32,858 bases of DNA from Octopus bimaculoides (GCF_001194135.2 NC_068981.1:142442868-142475725), one strand, 5' to 3'; counted from the first letter of the stretch, positions 12,651-24,744 are shown. Notes: generated by a model from the letters alone, not told the origin. Program-made: numbers and translations.

Positions 12651-12799
12651 TATTATTATTATTATTATTATTATTCAGTAGTTTTATTTTTATAACGTGC
12701 TTTCACTTCACTACCGAGCGCAGCTCTGTGCGCCTTGGGTATGTGCTGTGGTTTGCTGTGGTGCTCTTATGTTTACTGTATTGAAAGTGTTTTGCGTAG
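12651..12799 (-). mobile_element. 3' end of a second non-LTR retrotransposon, probably R4/Dong-like, with (TAA)n tail; remainder hidden in an assembly gap
   Basis: Minus strand reads LRKTLSIQ* (12799-12773), analogous to the ILRKVLE* C-terminus of the 7.6-kb copy. About 100 bp of 3'UTR follow, then (TAA)n at 12651-12675. The 3'UTR differs from the first copy, so this is a different family. Only 8 codons are visible. Confidence 0.55.
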
Positions 12800-13214
12800 N
12801 NNNNNNNNNNNNNNNNNNNNNNNNNNNNNNNNNNNNNNNNNNNNNNNNNNNNNNNNNNNNNNNNNNNNNNNNNNNNNNNNNNNNNNNNNNNNNNNNNNNN
12901 NNNNNNNNNNNNNNNNNNNNNNNNNNNNNNNNNNNNNNNNNNNNNNNNNNNNNNNNNNNNNNNNNNNNNNNNNNNNNNNNNNNNNNNNNNNNNNNNNNNN
13001 NNNNNNNNNNNNNNNNNNNNNNNNNNNNNNNNNNNNNNNNNNNNNNNNNNNNNNNNNNNNNNNNNNNNNNNNNNNNNNNNNNNNNNNNNNNNNNNNNNNN
13101 NNNNNNNNNNNNNNNNNNNNNNNNNNNNNNNNNNNNNNNNNNNNNNNNNNNNNNNNNNNNNNNNNNNNNNNNNNNNNNNNNNNNNNNNNNNNNNNNNNNN
13201 NNNNNNNNNNNNNN
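12800..13214. other. Assembly gap of 415 N
   Basis: Run of N. Confidence 0.99.
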
Positions 13215-13351
<137 letters not shown>

Positions 13352-14563
13352 CTGTTATTTAGTCACTATTGTTGACAAAAAAATCACTTCAATCGGGAAA
13401 CAATACTCGCATATACGATTCTGTAGGAATTTACCACATTATCTGTTCTGAGATCTAGCTCGTATTTATTGCCGCTCGTCTACATTTCTCATTCATTTGG
13501 TAGATATTGATCGTAATAAAAATGAACCAAAAAGGATTGTTATACACGTTTGGCAACATATTCAACAGAAGCGAAATGAAATATTTTAACATATTTAAAA
13601 AGTTATTGATTATTAAACCAAAGTAGAGACAAGAACATTAGATATCAATTAAGTAGAGTCGGGACCAATTTGCCTTAGTTCCCACGTTAGTATAGCAAAA
13701 ATGACATGCGATATGTGTTGAAAATGTATGCACAACATTTAGTCGACAGCTTTCATTTCATTATTTCTTAAACGATTATGAATAAAACACACGCGCGAAC
13801 ACCTAAGCGCACACGCCCACACAAACGCGCACGCACATATACACACATACATACGTGTTTCTGTGTGTGCGCTTGTAGAATATAAAATCTAGTAAAGTAA
13901 AAAGGGAGACTGATACAGAAAGATGTTTCTGTGAGAGCTGTTGAGTCAGGGAGAGTGAAGGAGATGAATACCTGAGAGAAATAGGTTGGAAGTAATATTG
14001 AAAGTAAAAAGAACCGACGTACACTAGAATATTTTGTTTAAATTCCGCTACTAATTGAAACCACATTTTCTCATTTATGATAACGCTATTTAGAATTTTT
14101 TGCTGAAATTCAAAGCACAACTCTAAAACCCTTGAGAAGGAAGACGATGTTTATGGCAATTTAAATAAGGCTGAAAAAGATTGATGTTATTAAGTCAATT
14201 TACCAACTTCATGCTTGAGGAACATTCTAAAATTTGGAAAGTTAAGAAGTCAGCAAGATATATATATAAGAGTAAAAACTATTTTATCATTTTCCTCTAA
14301 ACACACATATTTCAGGAACGTAGTAATCTAACCAGACCGTATCGATATAAGTTTTGAGGAGGCATTAATTTATATCGTATGGACTATTATCAAAACTCAT
14401 ACTCATGTGTAGATTTGATTATTAAGACGCTGAAATGTTAAAATACATAGAGAAATCACTTCATGTACTTAAGTTTGTGCTTGTGTTTGTAGTTGTATAC
14501 ATACGTATGTATATGCATGTATATACAGCGTTATAGGAACTCAAGCTCACATCTAATATATAT

Positions 14564-14567
<4 letters not shown>

Positions 14568-14614
<47 letters not shown>

Positions 14615-14900
14615 NNNNNNNNNNNNNNNNNNNNNNNNNNNNNNNNNNNNNNNNNNNNNNNNNNNNNNNNNNNNNNNNNNNNNNNNNNNNNNNNNNNNNN
14701 NNNNNNNNNNNNNNNNNNNNNNNNNNNNNNNNNNNNNNNNNNNNNNNNNNNNNNNNNNNNNNNNNNNNNNNNNNNNNNNNNNNNNNNNNNNNNNNNNNNN
14801 NNNNNNNNNNNNNNNNNNNNNNNNNNNNNNNNNNNNNNNNNNNNNNNATATACATATATATGCATACATACACACATATACATACATACATATATATACA
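14568..14900. repeat. (TA)n/(TACA)n tract containing an assembly gap (14615-14847)
   Basis: Directly visible. Confidence 0.95.
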
Positions 14901-14995
14901 TCATAGCAACTACATTTGTAAATTTTTTCTTCCAGAAAATCTAATCTGTTTAAAACCATGAATTGTAGATATATAATAAAATGATAAAATGTATA

Positions 14996-15135
14996 ATGGT
15001 TTCAAATTTTGACGCAAGATCACCAATTTTGGGGAAGTAAGTTGATCACATCGACCCAAGTGCTTAACTGGTAATTATTTTATTTACCTCGAAAGGCAAA
15101 GCCGTGCTCGGCAGTATTTGAACAGAGAACATGCA
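14996..15135 (-). mobile_element. Partial copy of the AAGGCGGCG-head SINE family
   Basis: Plus strand GGTTTCAAATTTTGACGCAAG..CACATCGACCCAAGTGCTTAACTGGTAATTATTTTAT..GAAAGGCAAAG..ATTTGAAC is the reverse complement of the family tail, body and B box. Confidence 0.78.
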
Positions 15136-17094
15136 GAGGGGCGAAAGATAAAATATATTAATTTGTGTTTATTAATGAACGTAAGGCGTAACATCGTATG
15201 TGTTTTTAGCTTATGACCCACATGAATTTGTTAGATCATTTTTAAAATAAAACACAGCGAAATTAAATATTGTCTAATTGAAAACTTCAATCGGTTAATA
15301 GTCGATACAATCAATTCTATTTGACTAATCGATTTTGAAATGTTAATTTCTACGAAGTTAATTTCTTCAGTGTCTTTCAGATTCATTAAAACAACACAAA
15401 ACGAAACAAAACAATATTAATGTTTATAAATAGTGAATGAGTTGTTTAGCCATTGGTCATTTCTGATTGGATATATCTATGATGTAATACGTTCCAAGCG
15501 TAACCATTTCCAATGTTGAGTGTCTACTTTAAGTAGAGTATTCTTTATTTACGATTGTTGATGCGATTTGAGAGAGATGTATGACTGCTATTTCTGGTAG
15601 ATCAAGTGCCTACATAGATATTTCTACCTCGCTGATTTGATAGTAAAGGTCTATGTATGCATGTGGTCATTATATGGCAAACGCATGAAAAGCAAAAAAG
15701 TGAAATATACCACTCCATTCTCTTCCACCTGATGGCTTTATTTGGGAACTGTAATGAAAGTAAACGCCCTTAAATTACACATATGCCTAGTTCTAAATGA
15801 ACGAACAACTGTAGTACCAATCTGCGTCGCTTAATTGTGACCAAGTCTATACTTAATGATTGACTGTATACTTAATATGAATTATAATATTATAGAAGCT
15901 AATATGATTACTTTATAGTAGACATGTGGTGTGAAGAAAACAAAAACATTGGATTTTTAACTAATGGTATTTTACACTGATTTTTGGCAAGTACAGGTGA
16001 CAACATTGTACAATTCTGTCCTTCTTCATTAGGTCTCCTCCCCAGAGCAGAAGCTTTGCCGTACTTGCCAAATGATTTTAAAATTATACAGAAGTGCTAA
16101 AACGTACATGACAAAACATTAAAAATTAACTGAGGCGCCATCTTCACGAAAACAATCAAGCTATTGCCATTATGCTTAATATAGTCCGGAAGCAAAATAA
16201 TAATTAAAATTAAGCTCTCTACGCCATTGAGAGCTATCAGTGCTAATTCCACAACGCGGCATCTACTGTTGTCTAACAATTTACTCAGTATAGACAAAGA
16301 ATGTCCACCCCTCGCAAGTAAGATAAATTTCGCAAACATTTTAATATCAAACTGCTGCGTTACCCATGACAGATTTTCAAATTTTCGTCACAAATATTTT
16401 GCTGAACTGCGATGATAGAAAACAGAAGTTGTAGAAGCTACTGTGCAGTGGGCGTGAAAAGATACTTGCTTCAACCAGTCAACCTTTATTTACCAGAACC
16501 CTGTGTCCCCAGTGCTGACGCATTGGCTGCCCCGAATATGATAGCATGAACGAATAAACGTCCGATAGTATTGATATGCCCTGGTTTCCCCAGTTTCGTG
16601 TTTCTAGCTACTTCAGCAGGGTAACCATCTTCCTCCTTTTACAGTGGGGTTTGGGACAATACTTGGCGGAACGCAGTTTAGCCACGTCTGCAGGATGAGC
16701 ACCGGAAGACTACCGCACCAACTTTTGTAGCAGCAGCGACCCACGCACAGGAGAATCCAGCGCAATGCAGCAAATACATAGAAGGACAATTGCAAACACG
16801 AAAGAAACAAATTCAGAAATATCTGAGCTCGCAGCTCCTTGTCCTGTAGCACGCTAAGATCAGCGCCTTGGATCGGAAAACGTGGAATAACATTATCACA
16901 GTCTGTCAACCAGCTACACTTATAACAGCGTATTGGTTGAGAATACAGTTTCTCTCTCCTGTTCCCAGCTTGGAATTTTTACATTTCATTCAATTTTGCA
17001 TCACATTACACGGTGCGGCAGATGTGGAACAGAGTTTGAAACAGACTTTTACAATGTATTACGTAAGATACAAGAATCCAATTTCTGTAGATAA

Positions 17095-19878
17095 CACTGG
17101 TCAACACGATTTTTAGTGCCAAAACACAAAACAAGTTCTTTAGCTAATTTGATGGTGCTGATTCCGAAAACGACCATAGTTTTTAATGGTTAGGTACTGA
17201 TTTTACTGTACTAAAATTGCTCATTTTTGGAAAAAAAGATAACTTTACGATCTTGGCTGATCGCAAATTTTATTGAAAAAAAAAGATAGCTGATACCTGA
17301 AATAAACTGTTTTTACAGGAAAAAATGTGTGTTTGTGTCAAAACTTTTAAAATAGAAGTACCGAGTTTTTCTAGTTTTTTGCCGAAATTCTATTTTAACT
17401 TTTAAGCTTTATCAGTAATACACTTTAGTAAACCTGATAATTAAGTTAACATCAAAATCACGAAACTCTAAAATCTTCTGTTTGATATTCCTAAATGTAT
17501 CCCATCAATTTTATCCCTTCAACATGGAAGGAAGCACATTAAGAGCTTTTGTTTTCACAGTTGGAGAAAAACTCCAACTAAAGACATCTCAATTCAATGT
17601 ACTCATTTCATTGTACTTGATGAACACCGTGAAAATGGTTTCACCATAACATCTGCCCTCTATGCGTGATTACGATGATACACAGTAGAATCAGCGTCAC
17701 GATTCTTTTCGTCTCTTATCATTGACAGGCTTACGAGTTTTTCTGTAGGACATTAGGAAAGATCAAATTACCTAAATGTGAACACGCAACTTGTAATGTA
17801 AATGCTCAACTAACTCATGTCCTTTTTTAATCATAGAGATAGATATCAAATGACATGGCTTCAACGAGAGAATGCAAAAATGATCCCAACTTACTTTGCC
17901 ATACATGCGGTGAGTTCACACTGAAAACCAACAGGAAACCGATATGTGACTTACTTTCAAGTCGAGCTTGGTGATCAGGACAAATCATGGGCCCCTCACA
18001 TTGGTTGCAAGACATGTTACGAACACATGAGACAGTGGACTTCAGGTACCAGAAAATCGCTGAGATTCGCTACTCCTATGATCTGGCGTGAGCCAAAGAA
18101 CCACTCTGACGAATGTTACTTCTGCTCAGTCAGTTTTGGGGCACTTAATCAAAAGAAACGGAGATCGATCGACTATCCCAGTCTTCACTCCGCTATTCGA
18201 CCAGTGCCGCATTCAGATGATTTACCAATCCCAGTTTTTCACGAAAGTTTATTGAAACTTCTTTAAAGTGACGAGTCTGATACTCATGTAAATGAGAGAC
18301 ACAGCGAAAACGATTCTGATTATGTTCCGGAAACATTGCCAGAGCGGCTTAAACAGAATGAGCTGAATGATTTGGTTCGAGACTTAAATCTAAGCAAAAA
18401 AAAATCAGCAGAACTTTTGGCCTCTAGGCTCAACGAAAAACACTTGTTAGCAAACGGCACAAAGGTGACATTCTATCGAAATAGGGATGCCGAATTTGTA
18501 CAATTCTTTAATGAGAACACGGATCTTGTTCGTTGCAATGACGTTGAGAGTGATCTTATTCAACTAGGCGTCCACAAATACGATCTTGATGAATGGAGAT
18601 TGTTCATTGATAGTTCAAAACGTAGTTTGAAATATGTTTTGCTCCATCATGTGTGCGCTAATACCTATAGTTCATTCACCAACACTGAAAGAAAAGCATG
18701 ATGACATCAAACAGGTCATGGAACAGATTGACTACACCAAACATAAAAAGGTGTTATGTGTCGATTTGAAAATGGTAAATTTCATCCTTGGTCAAGAAAG
18801 TGGTTACATGAAATTCCCATGTTTTTGTGCATGTGAGTCAGTAGAGCAAAAGAAGAGCACCGGAAAAGGAAAGATTGGCCACCCAGAGAGTTCAAGGTCA
18901 GTGAAAATAACGTTATTAGTGCGGCGCAAGTTCAGAAAGAAAACAATTATCTTCCCTCCCTTGCATATCAAATTGGGATTAATGAAACAGTATGAAAAAT
19001 CACTCCACAAATAAAGTAAATGTTTTGAGTATATATGTAAATCGTTTTCAGGACGTCGCACCGAAAAATTCAAAGCAGAAGTGTTTGATAGTCCTCATAT
19101 AAGAAAACTCATTAAAGATGATGAATTTGTTAATTTAATTCATGACTTGGAATTACGCGCTTGGCAATCGCTGGGCGGAACTACAAGGAGTTAGTGGAAA
19201 CGCTGTTGAAAAATATATAGGACATAGGCGCTAATATGAGTATTAAGGTTCCTTTCTTTACATAGCCATGTAGATACATTTCCAGATAATTGCAGCGATG
19301 TGAATGATGTGCAAGTAGAACGATTCCATCAGGATATCAAAACAATGGAAGAACGCTACCAGGGACGGTGGGGCAAACGAATGATGGCTGACTACTGCTG
19401 GAGTAGCGAAAGGGACTAAAATAACATTGAACACGACAGACAAACAAGAAAGAGAAAATTTTATACCATAGTTCTTATGTTCACGAAGGTTTTATTTCTG
19501 TTGTTAGTGTATTTAATGATTTGTTGAAAATACTTGTACGTCTTGGTATATTCAATTGTGTTATTTTTAAAGACATAGGGTCTGATTGTTATTGCAAAAA
19601 TAGTTTTTTCTCAATAAGCAGACCGATATGTGTTGGTCTAAATAGGAAGTGAGAGGTTTCTACGACTTTACTTTGAGGAATATTGCCATCGATTAATATC
19701 AAATATACAGAAAACAAATGAAAAAAAAAAATGCTTTTTTTTTTCGAAAATGAGCAAAATCAGTAGATAACCAACAAAAAGTAAGGTCATTTTCAGACTC
19801 AGCACCCACAAATTAGCTAATCAGATGTTTGGTGTCTCGACACCATTTCAAATCCTCTATCTTTTTTTTGGACCAGTG
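17095..19878 (+). mobile_element. Full-length decayed Chapaev3-type (CMC superfamily) DNA transposon, 2784 bp
   Basis: Termini CACTGGTC (17095) and GACCAGTG (19878) are flanked on both sides by TAA (17092-17094, 19879-19881). Subterminal inverted arms at 17140-17204 and 19756-19820 match 54/65. A transposase remnant lies inside. CAC...GTG termini with a 3-bp TWA duplication are the established Chapaev3 hallmark. Confidence 0.9.
17855..19471 (+). pseudogene. Chapaev3-type transposase pseudogene with multiple frameshifts and stops
   Basis: Fragments read in order: MASTRECKNDPNLLCHTCGEF, LGDQDKSWAPHIGCKTC, PMIWREPKNHSDECYFC (Cys/His-rich N-terminus), LKQNELNDLVRDLNLSK, FIDSSKRSLK (putative first catalytic D), CVDLKMV (second D), PPLHIKLGLMK, VERFHQDIKTMEERYQGRW and MMADYCW. 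They are spread over ORFs 17946-18266, 18336-18701, 18634-19014 and unannotated frames. Confidence 0.9.
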
Positions 19879-21550
19879 TAACCTATTTCAGTTAGGCGTC
19901 GTGACGTTCCAAAATTTATTGTATTAGATTTCATTAAAAAATGCAATAAATGTTCAAAACTCACCAAAAAAGAAAACAAAAACAAAATAATTAAGTAGTC
20001 CTCCATCCTCTCATCCTCGCATCATTTTCAGAGTTCCTGACAAATGTAATGGGCGTTGTCCCATCTCATTTCAATTAGCTATAAAAATTGTATGTTGTTG
20101 CTTTGACATGATTGAGAGAAGTGAAATGTGACTTGCCATCATTTGATATTGAGTCGCAAATCTATTTCGAACAAAATACGATGGAGTTCTACGAGCTGAA
20201 GTAATGAATTGCTATATTTTTCTTTAGTATATGATACCGTCTCGAAACTACAAGTATAATAAACGTATAATGCATCAAATTATGATGAATGGATTTCAAG
20301 TTGTTTTCTTTTTATTTTGGTAGTATTGAAGCTCTTAATTCATTAGAATTTCATTATTCAACAGAAATTTAAACCGGAAGACAGTAAAATGTTTCTTGAA
20401 ATACATTGAGACATTTCATACGTATAGATAATGACGTAAAATTGGACAAAATGGATATGTTATGAAAATGGCGGCTCCAACACAGTAAGAACCTTGGCTA
20501 ATCGATTGTACTTATTTAAATGTAAGTAGGTAAATTATTATTTCTAAAGCTACAGTTATATTTATTCTTTGAAAGAACGTTCTTCTTCCAATTATTTAAT
20601 TATCTGCAACCCTCAGACTTATAGCAATCTCAAGTTCATTTGAAAACTATACAAACTCCTTCATCTTTTCTGTTTTATTATCTTCTATGTGCCTTCAACG
20701 ACTAATTCAAAAATGTAGTCCCCAGACATACGAAAAGAAGACATAATATCATTTTTCTTTTCAGAATTCTAACTTTGGAAATTTCCTATTATGTAGATTA
20801 GACACCTGTGATAACCACAAGAGGAAGATAATGACAATAATCACTTCAAGAAATACGTTCTCATTATCCATTAGTTTAACTCTAATCTTACTCGCAATTT
20901 AGCGAAAGGTTTACAGCAAGTGCAATGCTAATAAGATTAAAACTGTAGAGTGGGGATTCTATTCCCTTGATGCCATGATGAACAGTAAAGTCATTTACTA
21001 TTATTGGATGGGAAGATCTCTTAATATCAAAGTATATTCCCTGTAAGACAGAGTTATTCAAAAGAAATACTCAAAACATTACCATCTGTTTTTGCCTTTG
21101 TTTAACATTATATCAGTTCCTAGCTTTCTTTCGCATATTCCCCTCTCCCTCCTCTCTCCATCTCCCTCTCTATATCGTTATATTTTTCTCATTGCCATCG
21201 CCTCCTATGCTCTATTGCGGTATCTTTCTGTGCACCCAACCTAGAAGGTCAGTAACTTCATACCTATAAATACAGGCATATAAGCACGAGCACACAGTAG
21301 GCCATTAATACAAAGAACGATCAACTAAAAATAGGTGATAAATAAATTTTAAAAGAGCTATATAAACATACATACGCCTATACACACCCGCGCACACACA
21401 CATAGGCAAATAGATATATGTAAATGATTAGGTACCTGTATAAGTATTTATAGATATAAGCATAAATATGTATATATATGTATGCGTGTATCTATCTCTA
21501 TACATCTCTCTCTCTCTCTCTGCCTTTCTCCACCGCCTCTATCTCTCTGA

Positions 21551-21613
21551 ATATATATNNNNNNNNNNNNNNNNNNNNNNNNNNNNNNNTATATATATAT
21601 ATATATATATATA
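21551..21613. repeat. (TA)n tract containing an assembly gap (21559-21589)
   Basis: Directly visible. Confidence 0.95.
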
Positions 21614-23251
21614 TGTTCTAGATATTATAAAGAAAAGTGGAGAATTAATCACCTTAAAATTTTGTATATTACAGTATTATTCTCATCCGACATGTGTTTC
21701 GTGTAACCCACCTACATGGGTAAAACCTTGAAAAAATGTACAAATGTGTAGTGCTCAATTCACCTACCCTCATCGGTAAAACATTGTACAAGGTTGCATA
21801 GGAATGACTCCGTTGGGTGAATAAATATACCAACTGAAAGAAATAGTTACTCATAAATGCTACAACGAAGAGGATTAGGACATTTATTCGGCAGGAACAC
21901 ACATTGAATTGACAAATACTAAAATTACGTTGTAATAAACAGAATTTGAAGACGTATAATTCTTCATTCTTCTTTCATATATCCCAGCCATTATCTAGTT
22001 CATAATGTTCTGACTTCGTAAAATACTTGTATGTATAATTGAGGTAGAGTCAAATTTAGTCGAAGCACGCTTTACAGGCGTATGTATATGCCTATATCTA
22101 CATATGTATGTCTGTACGTCGTGGAAAGAAACGGAAGAAGGAACAAGTATCAAGGAAGTGCCAAAATAGGAAACATCAAGCGAAAAGCAAATAGAAAATC
22201 TTACGCCGCACTGACACGACGATAACAAGACAATATTAAAAACATGTGTGTACATGAAAATCACAAAGAAGGTCAGGCAGGTAAAAACAAGACCTACAAC
22301 ACTTGACGTGAATGTGTACTCTTGAATGAGATAGTAAGAGTTGGTAAAATATTGATGACATGAAACAGTATGTAAGAAACAGTATATAAGTATATAATCG
22401 TTTGGCCCGATTTACAGTAAAGAGCACAATGAGATTGAGTTTAAAGTGAGGAGAGATATAAGACGTACTGCCTTCAGGATAGTGAATGGGTAAGTTACAG
22501 ATAACTAGAAATGGTGAAGGAATGGAGAATTTAAGAATTTGTGAGTCTTTAATTTGTTGTTTACTGGTGTGTGTTCGGGGATGGATAATTTGCGTATTGG
22601 TTATTTGAGATAATTTTCATTCATATGCATCAAAGATTCCGCTCCTTCGTTGGTGGTTGTAGCTGTGAGGTTGGAGAGGCCAGCTGCGTGGAGACATGAT
22701 ATATATGTATACACACAAGCAGTACAGGGTTTTCTATCGGGTTTGACGATGAATGTTTGATTTGTTTAATCAGCTGAACAACCATCACATTTATTATATA
22801 CGAGACTGGATATTCTACAGAGAAATATGCACTTAACGTAATTCTCACGAAGGATCAACGAGATGCATCTTATGATTTGATAAGTTGTTTGTATGGACGA
22901 CAGTGTCTATTCAATGAAGTTCCCCGCACGTGAATAAGATGCCAAAAGGTGTAATCATATCTAGGACAGCAGGAATGTAAATTCTTAACAACTTGGTCAT
23001 GTTTGTGACCATGGGCATAGACATGGGACATAAGAATATAGAAATGCTAACAGTCATATAGACTATTTATATGGTTAGAAGAGGTTTATTTGAAGAGAGT
23101 AAAACAAATATAGAGATATATGCATAGACAATTAATTTTTCGTAGACGCACAGAGATACCACATTATGGAGTGATTTGTGGAGTGCACGAACACAAAGGC
23201 GCGCATAAGCGCATGCATTCGCTGAATATAGTAAGACAGCTTTAGGCCTAC

Positions 23252-23252
<1 letters not shown>

Positions 23253-23332
<80 letters not shown>
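23253..23332. repeat. (TA)40 microsatellite
   Basis: Directly visible. Confidence 0.97.
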
Positions 23333-23334
<2 letters not shown>

Positions 23335-23490
23335 GGAGAAATTATACAAAATGTATAAATAGATGATGAGTAAAACACCGGTACAGTTTCGATTGCCTGT
23401 TGTTATCCATATATTTATTGCAGGAACTTCGTATGGCGGTGGATGTAACAGTATTAATAAAATAGATGGAATGTGTAATATATTTATCAA

Positions 23491-23532
23491 GTACAACACA
23501 TGTTTCGACCAGTTCTGGGTCTCTTCGGGTAC
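23491..23532 (-). ncRNA. Minimal type I hammerhead ribozyme-like motif with a U4-to-C core variant
   Basis: Minus strand GUAC-CCGAAGA-GACC(CAGAACU)GGUC-GAAAC-AUGU-GUU-GUAC gives stem I (4 bp), core C3..A9 with one deviation, stem II (4 bp, closed by G-C), GAAA, a short stem III and a GUU cleavage triplet. Confidence 0.65.
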
Positions 23533-24744
23533 ATCAATAAAAAAGTCACCCTAGAGATTTCCTGAGTCTACTTACGTACCGCTATATTTCCATCAAATTC
23601 GAGCATGAGTAAAAACAGGAAAAACTATTCAAACGCACAAAAATTCAAATATGAACGGGAAAATTATACATTCTAATTTAGAGAAAATGACGTAATGAGC
23701 ATTCCCTGTCGTATACATATATATCGAGAAATAGAGAGAGAGAGAGAAAAATATTCCCCTGGTGACTTTCTGTGGCTTAGATTTATCTACAAAGATTTTT
23801 ATTTAATTACGTTTGGTGATTTTTCCAACGTCAAGCATGTAGTAAATGGAAGCAGGCCTATATTGGCGGACACCACAAATGATCTTTGCTGGTCGTGAGT
23901 AAATTCCATTGATCACATGTTGAGTGCAGTAATTTACCATGGATAACTATATTGGAAATATATACAATAAATTTCTGTGTTCAAGTCTGGATAATTAAGG
24001 CGGTAACATGTATCCCATATATTTTATATCTCGAAATGTTATCGAGCAACACTATTAGAAATTAAGACTTCTAGCAGTATAAAAATGAAAATGGAACGTG
24101 GATACATCTAACGTATCGCTCTAGCAAATGCCAGGCGTATATTGATCAATTAAGAGGTTGATTTCGTTTGGAAAACAGGGCAAAATTAATAATTGTGTTG
24201 TAGCATTACTAGGAAAACATAAAAGAGGTTGGTAAGAACAATGTTGTTTGAATGGCAGCTCCACCAATTTAAATGTGTGCTAGAATTGTAGACGATAAGA
24301 AGCTTAAAAACACAGGCTGATCTCGACAGAATGGTGAGTGCTTATCAAAAGTACTGATTAAATGGGCAAAAATATCATCGAGACAATACATTGAAGAAAC
24401 TTGCTCAGTTGTCACGAAGAAAGAAACAAAATAAATTTCAGTAGAATGGTAGTAAATACAATTCATGTTTCGTGAGAAACATATCTTAAGGATGAAGAGA
24501 GAAGATTAGAAAATATCTCCAAGAATGTAAGAAAGTAAACACACACATATACATATATAATTTAGAGAAAAAACACTATTAAATAATTCAATAAAGAAGA
24601 ATTTAATTCATACCCTCCAGAAAATAAATATATCATTACAGACCTTATTCAAAAAATCAATAAAATAAAATAGAATACATAAAAGAATAACTCGGAAAAG
24701 TACGAAATGACTACGCACGTTTCGTGGCTATATTATTCTTTTAT

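Noticed and set aside
15490-15620. Segment resembling a recalled octopus interspersed repeat (GATTTGAGAGAGAT..CTGCTATTTCTGG)
   Set aside because: No second copy or diagnostic boxes in the window; recollection alone is insufficient.
20465-20475. YY1-like AAAATGGCGGC motif (also GAAGATGGCGCC on the minus strand near 16135)
   Set aside because: Isolated short motifs with no supporting promoter context or downstream exon; expected occasionally by chance.
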